Positions 25,062-35,820 are shown, numbered from the stretch's first letter. The stretch is DNA of 46,444 bases from Candidatus Poseidoniaceae archaeon (GCA_022452125.1 JAKURJ010000002.1:1-46444); one strand, 5' to 3'. Program-made: numbers and translations. The notes: a model not told the origin generated them from the sequence alone.

Positions 25062-27114
25062 ATTCATTCGCCTCTCTCTGCTTTTGCATGATGTAAATGA
25101 AGGCTAATGCGATCACCAAAATTACTCCGAATTTCAAAATGTTCGAAGAGTATGGTTGTAGTGTCGGTTCTTTGGCCTGAACCTCGACGCTAATTGCACC
25201 GTCATCATTCATTTGCTGATACACATAATAGTCTTCCAAGACCACAGGGGCCCACTGGTCTAAGTTATCCGCAGTCAGCGGTTTTGTTAGATTGGTTGTG
25301 AAATCATGAATGTAAATCTCTCTGTCTGTATATTTGTCAGAAGCATTTACGGGGTCGATTTCTGTATACGCTGAGAACATCAGAACTCCATAATTGACAT
25401 GCGGGTCATAGGCTGCGAACTTGTGGTCGGAAATCAACTGACTTTCTCCCGTTATCGTGTCCAGTAGAACCAATCTTGTTGTTGCGTTAACATCGATTGT
25501 AGCTGCCAACTTGTTATCTGAGAATGAAATATCAGTTATTGTTGCATTTTCTAAATCTACATTCAATCCTCGAGTAAGAAGTATCTCATCTTCTCCTGGG
25601 TCTGCTGTTGCATTCACATTAATTGAAATCAACCCTTTTCCATCCACAATTCCTAATTGAACAGTATCTGGATCGCTAGCGAAAACTAGTGCGATTTGTC
25701 CATTCGAGGATTCTAATAGAATGATTGAATCTCCTTGGCTAGGAGTGGGGCCTAGTTTTTCTTGACCGTCAAATGACCAGTAGGTTACCTGGCCATCCTC
25801 TAGTAAAGCGAAACAATCGTCTGAAACGATTGTTAGGTCTGTGGGTGATTGGACATCCATGGTAGTCTTTGCTTCAGATGGCTTGCTTAAATCGACGACC
25901 ATCGCTGTAGTTTGATTGGCCATGACCAAAATATCACCACGTACATCATAAGTAGAGTTTTCATCCATTTCTGGTTGATTGACCTCAATGTCTGAATCCA
26001 AGTCAGACAAATCGTGAACTACTAATTCAACTGAATCCCCTTTATCGTCGAGTGTGATCAACCAACCATCGGCTGCCTCTACGCCAACAGGCGCGTCAAC
26101 ACCGCCTGCTGGAATGGATTGATGAGTTAAGTCCCAAGTGACAATTCCAGCAATAACAATCATGACTACTGCAAGCACTACTCCGGTTTCTTTACTGGTA
26201 GGTTTTGCAAACTTCTCCACTTGCTTTTTCGTGGATGATTTCACTACATTGAGAGCCCTTTTTGGATTTGTCAAGAGTGTAACTAATCGGGCATTTATTG
26301 TTCTCTCGTCAAAGATTTTCCAGAACGGGTCTGCGAGTTTGTGAGCAATATTTACTGCAACAGCGGCAACAATCATGCCTCCGATTATATCCATGAACCA
26401 ATGAATACCCAAGTAAAGAATGCAGAAAGCTGTCATCAATACGAAGGCGAAAATAATTCTGCGATAATTTGTCCATCGTCCATCTGTATCGAACCTCAGT
26501 AAACACAGCCAAACCGCAAATGGGAAGGCAATATGCAAACTTGGCATACCGTTTGTCAATGGGTCAATGCGATGAAACCAATCATTGATTTCAGGGGTGT
26601 GATTGTAAGCTAATGTCTCCATTCCAGGAATATAATTTCCAGTAACGTGTACATTGAAAAATAAATAAAATGGAATCGCTAAAATGTAGACCCAGAAAAT
26701 TGCAAGGCTGATTCTATCGGCCATGTATCTGTCATCGAAGTATGCGAAGTAAAATATTGACACATAGCATATTACCATGAATCCTACAACATAGAAATGC
26801 GTCATAAACGCAGTAAGCCAATCTGCTCTAAATGTCTCTTGTACCCACAAAACCATGTCTGCTTCAATAGCGTAAATCCATGGAGTCATGTTTAGCATTC
26901 CATCGGTATTTGCCATCAGGATTCTATCAACTTCGTCTAGGAAATCCTTAGCGTTGTAAATGACAAGTACGATTGCAATATGCAACCAATATCTTCGAAG
27001 AAAATCGATGAAACCGTCTGAAGTTACTTTAGCCCAAGGGGGCTTAATCAGCGGCATTAGCAATACACCAATCGCCAATGCGGAAATCAACCAAGTAAGA
27101 TATACACCATCCAT
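25030..27114 (-). CDS. Polytopic PAP2-superfamily domain fused to a large extracytoplasmic beta-rich domain and a C-terminal TM anchor
   Basis: 'MPSLHIAFPF' (PSxH) and 'GIHWFMDIIGG' (HxxxD) lie in the N-terminal membrane part. A roughly 380-aa D/T/S/V-rich region and a terminal TM helix follow. Confidence 0.5.
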   Translation of the reverse strand: MDGVYLTWLISALAIGVLLMPLIKPPWAKVTSDGFIDFLRRYWLHIAIVLVIYNAKDFLDEVDRILMANTDGMLNMTPWIYAIEADMVLWVQETFRADWLTAFMTHFYVVGFMVICYVSIFYFAYFDDRYMADRISLAIFWVYILAIPFYLFFNVHVTGNYIPGMETLAYNHTPEINDWFHRIDPLTNGMPSLHIAFPFAVWLCLLRFDTDGRWTNYRRIIFAFVLMTAFCILYLGIHWFMDIIGGMIVAAVAVNIAHKLADPFWKIFDERTINARLVTLLTNPKRALNVVKSSTKKQVEKFAKPTSKETGVVLAVVMIVIAGIVTWDLTHQSIPAGGVDAPVGVEAADGWLITLDDKGDSVELVVHDLSDLDSDIEVNQPEMDENSTYDVRGDILVMANQTTAMVVDLSKPSEAKTTMDVQSPTDLTIVSDDCFALLEDGQVTYWSFDGQEKLGPTPSQGDSIILLESSNGQIALVFASDPDTVQLGIVDGKGLISINVNATADPGEDEILLTRGLNVDLENATITDISFSDNKLAATIDVNATTRLVLLDTITGESQLISDHKFAAYDPHVNYGVLMFSAYTEIDPVNASDKYTDREIYIHDFTTNLTKPLTADNLDQWAPVVLEDYYVYQQMNDDGAISVEVQAKEPTLQPYSSNILKFGVILVIALAFIYIMQKQREANESSRHGIEHAS

Positions 27115-27175
27115 TGGAATGACCTCCTAGTTTTGGCGTGTCATAAAGGCATACAAGTGCGTTACTACGACAAAT

Positions 27176-27192
27176 ACGCTCTATGAGAGCGT
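27176..27192 (-). terminator. Perfect 7-bp stem/3-nt loop hairpin abutting the DUF971 gene stop codon
   Basis: ACGCTCT-ATG-AGAGCGT, read directly. It lies 1 nt from the stop at 27194. Confidence 0.3.
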
Positions 27193-27193
27193 T

Positions 27194-27541
27194 TCACCAT
27201 GCTCCGTGTACGTACGCTTTGCCGTTATCTGGATCTTGTTTTTCACCCAAGCGCCAGATTCTCTCGAACCGATGAATGCCAGAGGAGCAGCCATTTGTCC
27301 ATTCAAATGCTAGTGCATAATTGCCAACAGGCCTCACTGTTGGCTTTTCTTTAGGTAGGCTTTCCACGGTTCTTCTCAGTACCTTGGATGAATTTTCATC
27401 GTTTCTTTGGGGCGCACACTTTGCACAAGGACAAGCATGTCTCAAATCGTCGTATGTGATTTGATGCTCAGTACCATCAGACCAAGTTAGATGCATATCG
27501 ACATCTCTACGCTCAAGACGCTTCAATTCTGGAATGTCCAT
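27194..27541 (-). CDS. DUF971 (gamma-butyrobetaine hydroxylase N-terminal-like) zinc-ribbon protein
   Basis: 'LRHACPCAKC' is C-x-C-x2-C, followed by 'VGNYALAFEW' and a later His. ATG 27541 sits behind GAGGTG; the track start overlaps mrp. Confidence 0.65.
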   Translation of the reverse strand: MDIPELKRLERRDVDMHLTWSDGTEHQITYDDLRHACPCAKCAPQRNDENSSKVLRRTVESLPKEKPTVRPVGNYALAFEWTNGCSSGIHRFERIWRLGEKQDPDNGKAYVHGAW

Positions 27542-27551
27542 CAATAACACC

Positions 27552-28556
27552 TCAAATGATTTCCAATCCGCTATCGGTTGAACCGGATTCAACCTTGGAT
27601 TGTATTTGAGCAACGACTTCAGCGAACGCTAGTGATGCTGGACCATCTGGCTCGGAGACTATTCGGTGGACTCCATCATCTCCTCCACGCACAAAGCCTG
27701 GGTCGAAAGGAAGTTTCCCGAGGAATGGAACACCAAATTCTTCAGCAGTTTTCTCGCCGCCTCCGGACTTGAAGATGTCCAAGGTACCAGCCCAGTGGCC
27801 TTCGTCGTCAGCTGTAACACGCACCGTCTTTCCTCCTGGTGCGGCAAGTTCGATTTCGGTTCCTGAAGGCGCTTTGCCTCTTACAGTGTAACCGCTCATG
27901 TTCTCGATTACTCCGATAACATCGACCTTGAGCGAGTTTGCGAAGGTTATTGATTTGCGAGAATCAAGAAGTGCAACATCTTGCGGAGTTGTTACAATGA
28001 CCATTCCATCAATATCAGGAAGATTTTGTGCCACGGTCAACGGCTCATCAGAGGTGCCTGGCGGGAAGTCGATAATGAGGTAGTCCAATTCTCCCCAATC
28101 TACGTCGCCAATGAATTGCTGAATTGCACCTAACTTGATTGGGCCACTCCAAACAACAGGAGTGTCTTCATCTTCAAACAGGCAAGCCAACGAAATCACT
28201 TTGACACCAAGGTGGCCTTGTGCAGGGTGAATTCTGCCTCTTTCTACATTCAATCTGCGGCCGCTAAGTCCCATCATCTTCGGAACGTTAGGCCCGGTGA
28301 TATCGATGTCAAGAAGACCAACTTTCAGGCCTTGTTGAGCTAGTGAAAGCGCTAATCCTGTTGCAACGGTGGACTTTCCTACGCCACCTTTACCGGACAG
28401 TACCATGATTTTGTGCTTAATCGCCTTACCCATTTCTGAAATCGCCATCTTGCGTTTCATCTGGTTGTATGCTGCTTCCATCTTCTTTTGTTCTTCAGGA
28501 GAAGGTCCAGCGGGTGCATCGCCGGGTTGGTTTACCTTAACGGGTGAATCAGCCAT
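27552..28556 (-). CDS. Mrp/ApbC/NBP35-family P-loop ATPase lacking the CXXC motif
   Basis: Deviant Walker A 'SGKGGVGKST', 'DLPPGT-like DFPPGTSD' and 'IENMSG'. The protein contains only one Cys. Confidence 0.8.
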   Translation of the reverse strand: MADSPVKVNQPGDAPAGPSPEEQKKMEAAYNQMKRKMAISEMGKAIKHKIMVLSGKGGVGKSTVATGLALSLAQQGLKVGLLDIDITGPNVPKMMGLSGRRLNVERGRIHPAQGHLGVKVISLACLFEDEDTPVVWSGPIKLGAIQQFIGDVDWGELDYLIIDFPPGTSDEPLTVAQNLPDIDGMVIVTTPQDVALLDSRKSITFANSLKVDVIGVIENMSGYTVRGKAPSGTEIELAAPGGKTVRVTADDEGHWAGTLDIFKSGGGEKTAEEFGVPFLGKLPFDPGFVRGGDDGVHRIVSEPDGPASLAFAEVVAQIQSKVESGSTDSGLEII

Positions 28557-28887
28557 CGTGTTGATGCGCGGGGCTGTTGTACTTCAACCCTTTTTCAGTA
28601 CCATATTGAAATAAAATTGCTCCAATTACCCACGCAATAATCATCCAATCTAGAGTCATTCCTGCGTATGCCCAGCCTAAACCAGCACTCAAAGCAATAA
28701 CTGGATAACGTGCATGGCGAGCATCTCCCTTGAGTAAATGTAGAACTAAACCAGCGAACATTGTCTGGATTGTAATGATGCTCGCAATTATTCTGAAAAG
28801 CAAATCTAAATCGTTTGCTGCAGCGATAATGTGAGAGATAAATAGCGTCACGAAAGTGACGGTGTAGACCAATATTGGCTTCCACAT
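28549..28887 (-). CDS. Small membrane protein (3-4 TM), unknown function
   Basis: Hydrophobic ORF overlapping the mrp start by 8 nt. Confidence 0.45.
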   Translation of the reverse strand: MWKPILVYTVTFVTLFISHIIAAANDLDLLFRIIASIITIQTMFAGLVLHLLKGDARHARYPVIALSAGLGWAYAGMTLDWMIIAWVIGAILFQYGTEKGLKYNSPAHQHDG

Positions 28888-28940
28888 CTATTGAGGCTAT
28901 GTGCCATTGGTTCATATGCCTCTTCTATACAGACCTCATC

Positions 28941-29300
28941 ATGCGCCTACTATTCGTGTGTGTTGGAAACTCCTGTCGCTCTCAAATGGCTGAAGGCATT
29001 GCTAGAAGCCTAGGGCATGATGCTGCTAGCGCTGGAACTCATCCGGCTTCAAATGTCAGTGCAAACGCATTGAGAGTCCTAGAATCAAAGGGAATTAGCA
29101 CTGAAGATTTGTATCCAAAACTAGTTGATGATATTGACTGGGAATCCTATGACATGGTTATCTCGATGGGTTGTGGAGTAAGTTGTCCCATGATACGAAT
29201 CGATGCAGACTGGGAACTCGAGGACCCCGTTGGCCAATCGCTCGAAGTATTCGAGGCGTGCGCTGAAACCATCGAAGCAAACATCAAAAGTTTGGATTAA
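28941..29300 (+). CDS. LMW-PTP-fold arsenate reductase / phosphotyrosine phosphatase
   Basis: 'LLFVCVGNSCRSQMAEG' is a C-x5-R-S P-loop. ATG 28941 is preferred over the track start. Confidence 0.8.
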   Translation: MRLLFVCVGNSCRSQMAEGIARSLGHDAASAGTHPASNVSANALRVLESKGISTEDLYPKLVDDIDWESYDMVISMGCGVSCPMIRIDADWELEDPVGQSLEVFEACAETIEANIKSLD

Positions 29301-29747
29301 TTATTCTCCAAGGCTTAGAAGTTCTGCACCTTGTGGAACTTGGTCTCCTTCTTTGAAGTGAATGGCTTCTACTTTGCCGTCACTTGAAGCGACAATCTTG
29401 TGTTCCATTTTCATGGCTTCCATGACCATCAAAACATCTCCTGATTTTACACTTTGACCTTCGCTAACATGCACTTCAAGGATCTTACCAGGCATTGGCG
29501 CACTTAGGCCCCCCTCATCATCTGATGATGCAGCTCCCGGTTCGATTACTTGGAATTGCATTGTGTGGCCATTGACATGAACCCACCATACATCTCCAAC
29601 TTTGGTCGCTACTGCCTTGTGCTTTCTACCATCGATTTCCAGCCACAATTCCTCTCCAGTGTGGACTGTCATTCCTTCATGAGTGAAGGCAGAGCCGCTG
29701 CGCTTAGCATCTATTTCGATGCGACCCTCTGAGGTTTTGAATTCCAT
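29301..29747 (-). CDS. Biotin carboxyl carrier protein (BCCP) of acyl-CoA carboxylase
   Basis: 'VMEAMKMEHKI' is the biotinyl-Lys motif. The ATG overlaps the upstream TGA by 1 nt (TGATG). Confidence 0.85.
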   Translation of the reverse strand: MEFKTSEGRIEIDAKRSGSAFTHEGMTVHTGEELWLEIDGRKHKAVATKVGDVWWVHVNGHTMQFQVIEPGAASSDDEGGLSAPMPGKILEVHVSEGQSVKSGDVLMVMEAMKMEHKIVASSDGKVEAIHFKEGDQVPQGAELLSLGE

Positions 29748-31234
29748 CAAGGGAACCTCCTGTTGATTGTTGAAAACGGAGACGGCATTTCTGAACTTGC
29801 CCCAGAAGAAGTCAGTACACGCCCGTGATTTGTCGATTCACATGCAGCCGCGATTAGCAATCCTGCATTGCTCATTTGCTCACTGATTTCGGGATTCCAG
29901 CCATCAGGCCATAATCTGTCAATCATGTCGGTCGTGGTCCACCCGTCAACCACATCTTGATTGGTACACAATTCTCGCAAGAATCTGACGTTGGTAGTAC
30001 AACCGAGGACAACAAACTCATCCAGTGCACGCCCCATTCGCTGCAATGCCTCTTCTCTTGAAGGAGCCCACACGATCAATTTAGCAAGCATCGGGTCATA
30101 ATCAGGCGTTACTGCATCGCCCTCACGCACCCCTGTATCTAAGCGAACTCCGGGCCCTGTTGGGGCAATGAATTTCTTCAATTCTCCAATTGCTGGAAGG
30201 AAATTGTTTGATGGGTCTTCAGCATATAGTCTAACTTCGATAGCATGACCTCGCATGTTTAGAGGGCCGCAACTCATCGGTTCGCCGCCAGCAATTCTGA
30301 GTTGTTCACGTACCAAATCAACCCCTGTAACCATTTCAGTCACTGGATGCTCAACTTGTATTCTGGTATTCATTTCCAAGAAGAAAAACTCACCATCAGG
30401 AGTTACTAGGAATTCGACTGTGCCTGCTCCTTCGTATAACACAGCACGGGCTGCAGCACAAGCTGCTTCACCCATCGCTTCACGCAATTCAGCATTTAGT
30501 GCAACGCTTGGGGATTCCTCGAATACCTTCTGATGTCTTCTTTGAACGCTGCATTCTCTTTCGCCGAGGTGTATGGTTTTGCCATACTTGTCAGCTAAAA
30601 CTTGAATCTCAATGTGACGGCTGCCGGTAAGCAACCTCTCGACGTATATTCTATCATCGCCAAATGCATTGAGAGCTTCTCTCATTGCAGCTCTTGCTTC
30701 GCTTTCTAGGTCTTCTTGCCTATGAACGGCGCGCATACCTTTACCACCACCACCAGCGGTTGCTTTCAGTAGCAACGGATAGCCGACTGAAGGTGCAATC
30801 TGCAATACTTCGTCGAGACCGCCAGTTACTTCCTCACCTGGAATAACGGGCACTCCGGCCTCCTTCATAGTAATGCGAGCAGTCATTTTGTCTCCCATTT
30901 TGGTTATCGCATCAGGAGAAGGGCCAACCCAAATTAGGCCTGAATCCATTACCGCTTGAGCGAAATCCGCACGCTCAGACAAAAACCCGAATCCTGGATG
31001 AATTGAATCGCAGCCTGTGTCGATTGCAATTTGCAGAATCTGTTCTTGATTGAGATAGGTCTCAGCAAGGCCTTCTCCTTCGAGTTGTACTGAGAGGTCG
31101 GCTAATTCGGTGAATAGAGTACCTGCATCGTTTGAAGCATAGATGGCAACCCCTTCTATACCTGCTTCACGGCATGCACGTAGGATACGGCATGCTATCT
31201 CACCGCGATTTGCGACGAGAGTGCGCTTTAGCAT
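29747..31234 (-). CDS. Biotin carboxylase subunit (methylcrotonyl-/acyl-CoA carboxylase alpha)
   Basis: 'LVANRGEIACRI', ATP-grasp 'KATAGGGGKGMR' and 'EMNTRIQVEHPVTE'. Confidence 0.9.
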   Translation of the reverse strand: MLKRTLVANRGEIACRILRACREAGIEGVAIYASNDAGTLFTELADLSVQLEGEGLAETYLNQEQILQIAIDTGCDSIHPGFGFLSERADFAQAVMDSGLIWVGPSPDAITKMGDKMTARITMKEAGVPVIPGEEVTGGLDEVLQIAPSVGYPLLLKATAGGGGKGMRAVHRQEDLESEARAAMREALNAFGDDRIYVERLLTGSRHIEIQVLADKYGKTIHLGERECSVQRRHQKVFEESPSVALNAELREAMGEAACAAARAVLYEGAGTVEFLVTPDGEFFFLEMNTRIQVEHPVTEMVTGVDLVREQLRIAGGEPMSCGPLNMRGHAIEVRLYAEDPSNNFLPAIGELKKFIAPTGPGVRLDTGVREGDAVTPDYDPMLAKLIVWAPSREEALQRMGRALDEFVVLGCTTNVRFLRELCTNQDVVDGWTTTDMIDRLWPDGWNPEISEQMSNAGLLIAAACESTNHGRVLTSSGASSEMPSPFSTINRRFP

Positions 31235-31238
31235 CGAA

Positions 31239-32075
31239 TCACTCCTCAGATTTCCAGTTAGCACTTCGCTTTTCCAAGAACGAGGTCAAGCCTTCTTGTC
31301 CTTCTTCGCTACCACGCATTCTGCTAGTAAAGTCGAGTGTCCACAAGCGGAGTGATTCATCATCGCCGCTCCATCTATCGAATCCAAGTGTCAATTCCTT
31401 CGCTGCAGTAACTGCGCAAGGACCAGTGGAAAGAACTTCGGAAATGACTGCAGACTCGTCTAATGAATCATCTATGCTGTCAATCATTCCGATTCGAAGT
31501 GCTTCGGTTGTATCCATTCTGCCAGCTAGCATTGCATGGCGGCGGAAATTAGCACTACCCATTCTTCGGTAGACATATGGTCCGATTACAGCAGGGAGTA
31601 TACCCAACTTTCCTTCTGATAATGCGATCTTAACCCTCGAATCACAGATTACGTGGTCTAAGCATGCAATCAATCCTGCACCGCCCCCTAAGGCAACTCC
31701 CTGAATCTTACCGACTGTGAAGCATGGATGAGACCAAAGGCCATTGAACAGGGAATCAAGTCTCTCAGAATCTCTTCTATTCTCTTCAGGTGTATTTGCA
31801 CCAGCATCTCGCATCATGTTGATGTCTGCTCCAGCGCAGAAGTGCTTGCCTTCTCCAGACAAGACGAGGACTCTGAAGTAAGGCTTACCATCTTCAGAGG
31901 TGAGTTTTCCAGTTACTCCAACAGAGTTCTCTGCTGTCCAGGAAAACACCTCGATTAGCTCTGAAATCATTTGAACATTCAATGCGTTATACTTGTCTGG
32001 TCGAGCCAATGTAACCCTTGCTATGCAGCCATCGGTTTCCAATTGGATAAGTGAAGTTGTAGGTTGATTATTCAT
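31239..32075 (-). CDS. Crotonase-family hydratase, probably methylglutaconyl-CoA hydratase
   Basis: 'ARPDKYNALN' and 'HFCAGADI'. It is positioned between the carboxyltransferase and biotin carboxylase genes, as in liu clusters. Confidence 0.6.
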   Translation of the reverse strand: MNNQPTTSLIQLETDGCIARVTLARPDKYNALNVQMISELIEVFSWTAENSVGVTGKLTSEDGKPYFRVLVLSGEGKHFCAGADINMMRDAGANTPEENRRDSERLDSLFNGLWSHPCFTVGKIQGVALGGGAGLIACLDHVICDSRVKIALSEGKLGILPAVIGPYVYRRMGSANFRRHAMLAGRMDTTEALRIGMIDSIDDSLDESAVISEVLSTGPCAVTAAKELTLGFDRWSGDDESLRLWTLDFTSRMRGSEEGQEGLTSFLEKRSANWKSEE

Positions 32076-32110
32076 GTTTAATTCTCCAATTGCAAAAATT
32101 AATTTTTCAA

Positions 32111-33721
32111 TTACATCCTAAAGACACCAAACCGGTCATTTGGCAACTTAGCATTTTGACTTGCGGCTATGCATAATCCTAGTACATCACGAGTATCTCT
32201 AGGGTCTATGATCCCATCATCCCAAAGTCTGGCTGTAGAGTAGTAAGGACTTCCTTCAGTTTCATACTTTTCAAGGATTGGAGCACGGAACGCTTCCAAC
32301 TCTTCGCCTTCCATGGGCGCCGGTCGTGCTCTTGCCCTCTGGTCTTGTTTGACCGTTGTGAGAACGTCAGCAGCCTGTGGACCACCCATAACTGAAATTC
32401 GGCTATTTGGCCACATGAACAAGAATCTGGGGTCATAGGCTCTGCCGCACATTCCATAATTTCCTGCACCGTGAGAGCCCCCCACGATTACGGTGAACTT
32501 TGGAACATTAACACAGGATACTGCTGTAACTAGTTTAGCTCCATCTTTGGCTATGCCACCAGCCTCATACGCCTTTCCGACCATGAAACCTGTAATGTTC
32601 TGCAAGAAGATTAGCGGGATTCCTCTCTGGCCACACAATTCAACGAAGTGTGCGCCTTTCAATGAAGATTCAGAGAATAGAATACCGTTATTTGCAACGA
32701 TTCCAACCTTGTACCCATGAATATGAGCAAATCCGCAAATTAGAGTCTGCCCATATCTAGACTTGAATTCGTGGAAACGGCTGCCGTCGACGATTCTTGC
32801 AATGATTTCTTTGACATCAACTGGAGTGCGGTTATCTGAAGGAATGAGTCCTAGAAGTTCGTCTGGATCGTAGAATGGCTCCTGTGCATCTATTCGCTCA
32901 AATGGAGCGAGTTCTCTAGAACCAAGATTCTCAACTACATTGCGCACCATCCTCAGAGCTTCCGATTCATCTTCTGCAAAGTGGTCGGCGACCCCGCTTT
33001 GGGACGTGTGTACATCTGCTCCACCGAGTTCTTCGGCTGTGACTTCTTCGCCTGTTGCCGCTTTGACTAGTGGAGGGCCTGCTAGGAAAATGGTCCCATT
33101 TCCTTTGACAATGATGGATTCGTCACTCATCGCTGGAACATATGCTCCACCCGCAGTACAACTTCCTAGAACTGCTGCAACTTGTGGGATGCCATCTCCA
33201 GACATTTTTGCTTGATTTCTGAATATTCGTCCGAAATGACCAATGTCAGGGAATACTTCATCCTGCATTGGAAGGAAAGCGCCGCCAGAATCTACAAGAT
33301 AGATACAAGGCAGGTTGTTTTCATGAGCAACCGTTTGTGCTCTGATGTGCTTCTTAACAGTCATTGGATAGTATGAGCCACCTTTGACAGTAGCATCATT
33401 TGCTACGAAAAGGCATTCTCTTCCGTGAACTAATCCTACTCCGGTTACGATACCTGCACTGCTTGCTTTACCATCGTACAACTCGAAGGCTGCAAGCGGG
33501 GATAGTTCCATGAATGCGGTCCCGGGGTCGATGATTTTCTCAATCCTTTCACGAGCCAATAATTTACCGCGATTTCGATGTCTTTCGACATATTTTCCAC
33601 CGCCTCCTTGATTGACTACATCCAGGCGTTGGCGCAAGGTTTCAATAAACTCTAGATTGTGAGTTCGCCGTTTTTGGTAGTCCGGGTCGACACGATTTAC
33701 ACGAGTTGGTAGCCTATCCAT
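32111..33721 (-). CDS. Acyl-CoA carboxylase carboxyltransferase subunit (methylcrotonyl-CoA carboxylase beta-like)
   Basis: 536 aa. '[28 protein letters not shown]', '[10 protein letters not shown]' and '[16 protein letters not shown]'. Confidence 0.8.
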   Translation of the reverse strand: MDRLPTRVNRVDPDYQKRRTHNLEFIETLRQRLDVVNQGGGGKYVERHRNRGKLLARERIEKIIDPGTAFMELSPLAAFELYDGKASSAGIVTGVGLVHGRECLFVANDATVKGGSYYPMTVKKHIRAQTVAHENNLPCIYLVDSGGAFLPMQDEVFPDIGHFGRIFRNQAKMSGDGIPQVAAVLGSCTAGGAYVPAMSDESIIVKGNGTIFLAGPPLVKAATGEEVTAEELGGADVHTSQSGVADHFAEDESEALRMVRNVVENLGSRELAPFERIDAQEPFYDPDELLGLIPSDNRTPVDVKEIIARIVDGSRFHEFKSRYGQTLICGFAHIHGYKVGIVANNGILFSESSLKGAHFVELCGQRGIPLIFLQNITGFMVGKAYEAGGIAKDGAKLVTAVSCVNVPKFTVIVGGSHGAGNYGMCGRAYDPRFLFMWPNSRISVMGGPQAADVLTTVKQDQRARARPAPMEGEELEAFRAPILEKYETEGSPYYSTARLWDDGIIDPRDTRDVLGLCIAASQNAKLPNDRFGVFRM

Positions 33722-33769
33722 GTCTTCCCCTCTATTCGCCGAAGGTCGATTGCGACTTGAATCAACCGC

Positions 33770-35047
33770 TTACACACCAAGGATTAATCTTCCAATATCT
33801 CGCAATCCTGGAGCCATTCCTACAATCATTACAGCCAAGACAATTAGAACTCGCAGATGCTGTTGTCTGGACTCGATTCTTAATTGAGAGAACATCCAGA
33901 TGATTATACTTGCAAGGGCTGCTTTGACCAAGAAGAATAGCCAAGCTCCTTCTCCTAGTATTCCAAATCCATTCCCAAACTGGATTACTGCATCTGAGAG
34001 CGGATGCTTCTCGGAATAACCGAACCAATCAATGCCAACCATGGTTGCTAATCCATCACACAATTGACCGAATAGCATTCCAGCAACCATCGGGGTTGCA
34101 AGTATTCCCTTAGGAGATAGTATCTCTACAGGATGGTTTGAGCGGTCCTCGCTCTCCCATTCGTCCAATGTCATCCCATCTGGAATCAAACCGACATCGT
34201 TGCCGGTTAGACGTAATTGAGCCAAATCTTCTGTGCCTTGGCGCCAAACCGCCCAGGTGATAATGAATGGAATTACAACCACGACTAGAACAGGCCATAG
34301 AATGTCATTATCACGGGGCAATAATCCACTATCTTGGACCCATGGTGTAGAAGCTAGTTGCGCCCAGTGACCTAAGCCCATTGTGATCAATCCGATCGCA
34401 AATGCTAGCATTGCACGAGGTATTGCTTCCCAATCCCATGTATTGTGAATCACAACAGCAATCATTACTGCACCTGCGAAGGAACCCCCAAGGATCCAGA
34501 AAGTACCTGTGTCGTGCACGTGCACGCTGGGTAGAACTAGTAAGCCTGTGAAAGCGATGTATGCTACGAGCAACATTGCCAACATCGACAACTCATTTTT
34601 CTTACCGATATGGCCAATGAATGCTGAGATAATTAGCCATGCAGCCAAGTGTATGTGAATCAGAGGAGAGATGAATAAGACATCTATACCCTCTTTGAAA
34701 TAATCTGCATCTTCCATTACTCTGAATACCGGAGCTAGAGCGACCCATGCGATTAGAGCCCAGACCATGCGGTCATCAACAGGCAATTGCCACTTTCTGA
34801 ACAATGCTTGGAATGCAATGACTGCAGCAATCATTGTCAGAATATATACAATCGTATTCACTTCAGAATAACCTGCATCCCCGGTTGTTCCAGCATCCTT
34901 CGCAATTGGGTCCCAGATGTAGACTTTGACAAAATCATCCCAGAATAATTCTGGAGCAAAAATTAGTCCACCAACGAGAACAAGAGAAATCAGACCGAAT
35001 AAGGAAAGTAGAATCCTCTCTCCATTTGAGAATTCTGTGTCTTCCAT
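33770..35047 (-). CDS. Polytopic integral membrane protein (about 11 TM), unknown function
   Basis: Hydrophobic throughout; no motif recognised with confidence. Confidence 0.5.
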   Translation of the reverse strand: MEDTEFSNGERILLSLFGLISLVLVGGLIFAPELFWDDFVKVYIWDPIAKDAGTTGDAGYSEVNTIVYILTMIAAVIAFQALFRKWQLPVDDRMVWALIAWVALAPVFRVMEDADYFKEGIDVLFISPLIHIHLAAWLIISAFIGHIGKKNELSMLAMLLVAYIAFTGLLVLPSVHVHDTGTFWILGGSFAGAVMIAVVIHNTWDWEAIPRAMLAFAIGLITMGLGHWAQLASTPWVQDSGLLPRDNDILWPVLVVVVIPFIITWAVWRQGTEDLAQLRLTGNDVGLIPDGMTLDEWESEDRSNHPVEILSPKGILATPMVAGMLFGQLCDGLATMVGIDWFGYSEKHPLSDAVIQFGNGFGILGEGAWLFFLVKAALASIIIWMFSQLRIESRQQHLRVLIVLAVMIVGMAPGLRDIGRLILGV

Positions 35048-35088
35048 AGTTGTCTCACGCCGTCACAGGTGATGAGAATTGCGCTAAA

Positions 35089-35805
35089 TCACTCTTCTTC
35101 GCCGTGGTCGTCGTCGTCTTCAGCAGCGACACGAGGTTCGTGAACTTCGACGAATGAAACCTTACCTGCTTCAACTGCATCACGTAGAACAGTAACCAAG
35201 CGGAACTTCTGCATTGCTGCATTAGGGTCGAATAGCATTGTTTGAGGGACGACGATTGAAATGTCGTCTCCATCGAATGAGACCTCGAACCCTTCTTGAC
35301 CGGTGTTTGCCTCAAGAAGTGCCGCAACTTTCTCTTCCTTACCTTCGATAACCTTGACGATCTTGTAATCGTACTTCAGAGTGCGACCAGCCATAGGGTG
35401 GTTGTAATCGATTCTAGCACGTCCTGCTGCTAGGTAGGAAAGGATTCCTTGACGGCCTTCAACAGTTACTGGACCTCCGATGTATAGGGACTTAGGGTCA
35501 CGTACGTGGCGTAGTAGTTTGTCAATCGAGATGGTTTCGATTTGTTCCGGGTCCTTCTCTCCATAAGCATCCGCAGGTGCAATCTCCAGAGAGATATCCT
35601 TGTCTGCTTCAGCTTCCAAAAGGCTGTCTTCGAATCCAGAAATCAGATTTCCTGCACCAACTACACAGACCAGAGGTGTGTAGGTTCTACCCTCTTGGTG
35701 CATATCATGCTCCTTTGCGACTTCTTCTCTAGTAGTTTCAATCAAATCGCCGGAGTCTGCGTTATACAGGTCGTAATCGACGTGGACAATGGTTCCTTCT
35801 TCCAT
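35089..35805 (-). CDS. Long archaeal FKBP-type peptidyl-prolyl isomerase (SlyD/FKBP26-like)
   Basis: 'VHVDYDLYN...GDLIETT', 'GAGNLISGFEDSLL' and 'PADAYGEKDP'. Acidic tail. Confidence 0.8.
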   Translation of the reverse strand: MEEGTIVHVDYDLYNADSGDLIETTREEVAKEHDMHQEGRTYTPLVCVVGAGNLISGFEDSLLEAEADKDISLEIAPADAYGEKDPEQIETISIDKLLRHVRDPKSLYIGGPVTVEGRQGILSYLAAGRARIDYNHPMAGRTLKYDYKIVKVIEGKEEKVAALLEANTGQEGFEVSFDGDDISIVVPQTMLFDPNAAMQKFRLVTVLRDAVEAGKVSFVEVHEPRVAAEDDDDHGEEE

Positions 35806-35820
35806 GGTTATTCACCTATC

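Noticed and set aside
29301-31234. Split of the carboxylase alpha subunit into separate biotin carboxylase and BCCP genes as a novelty
   Set aside because: Separate BC, BCCP and CT subunits are the norm for archaeal and many bacterial acyl-CoA carboxylases.
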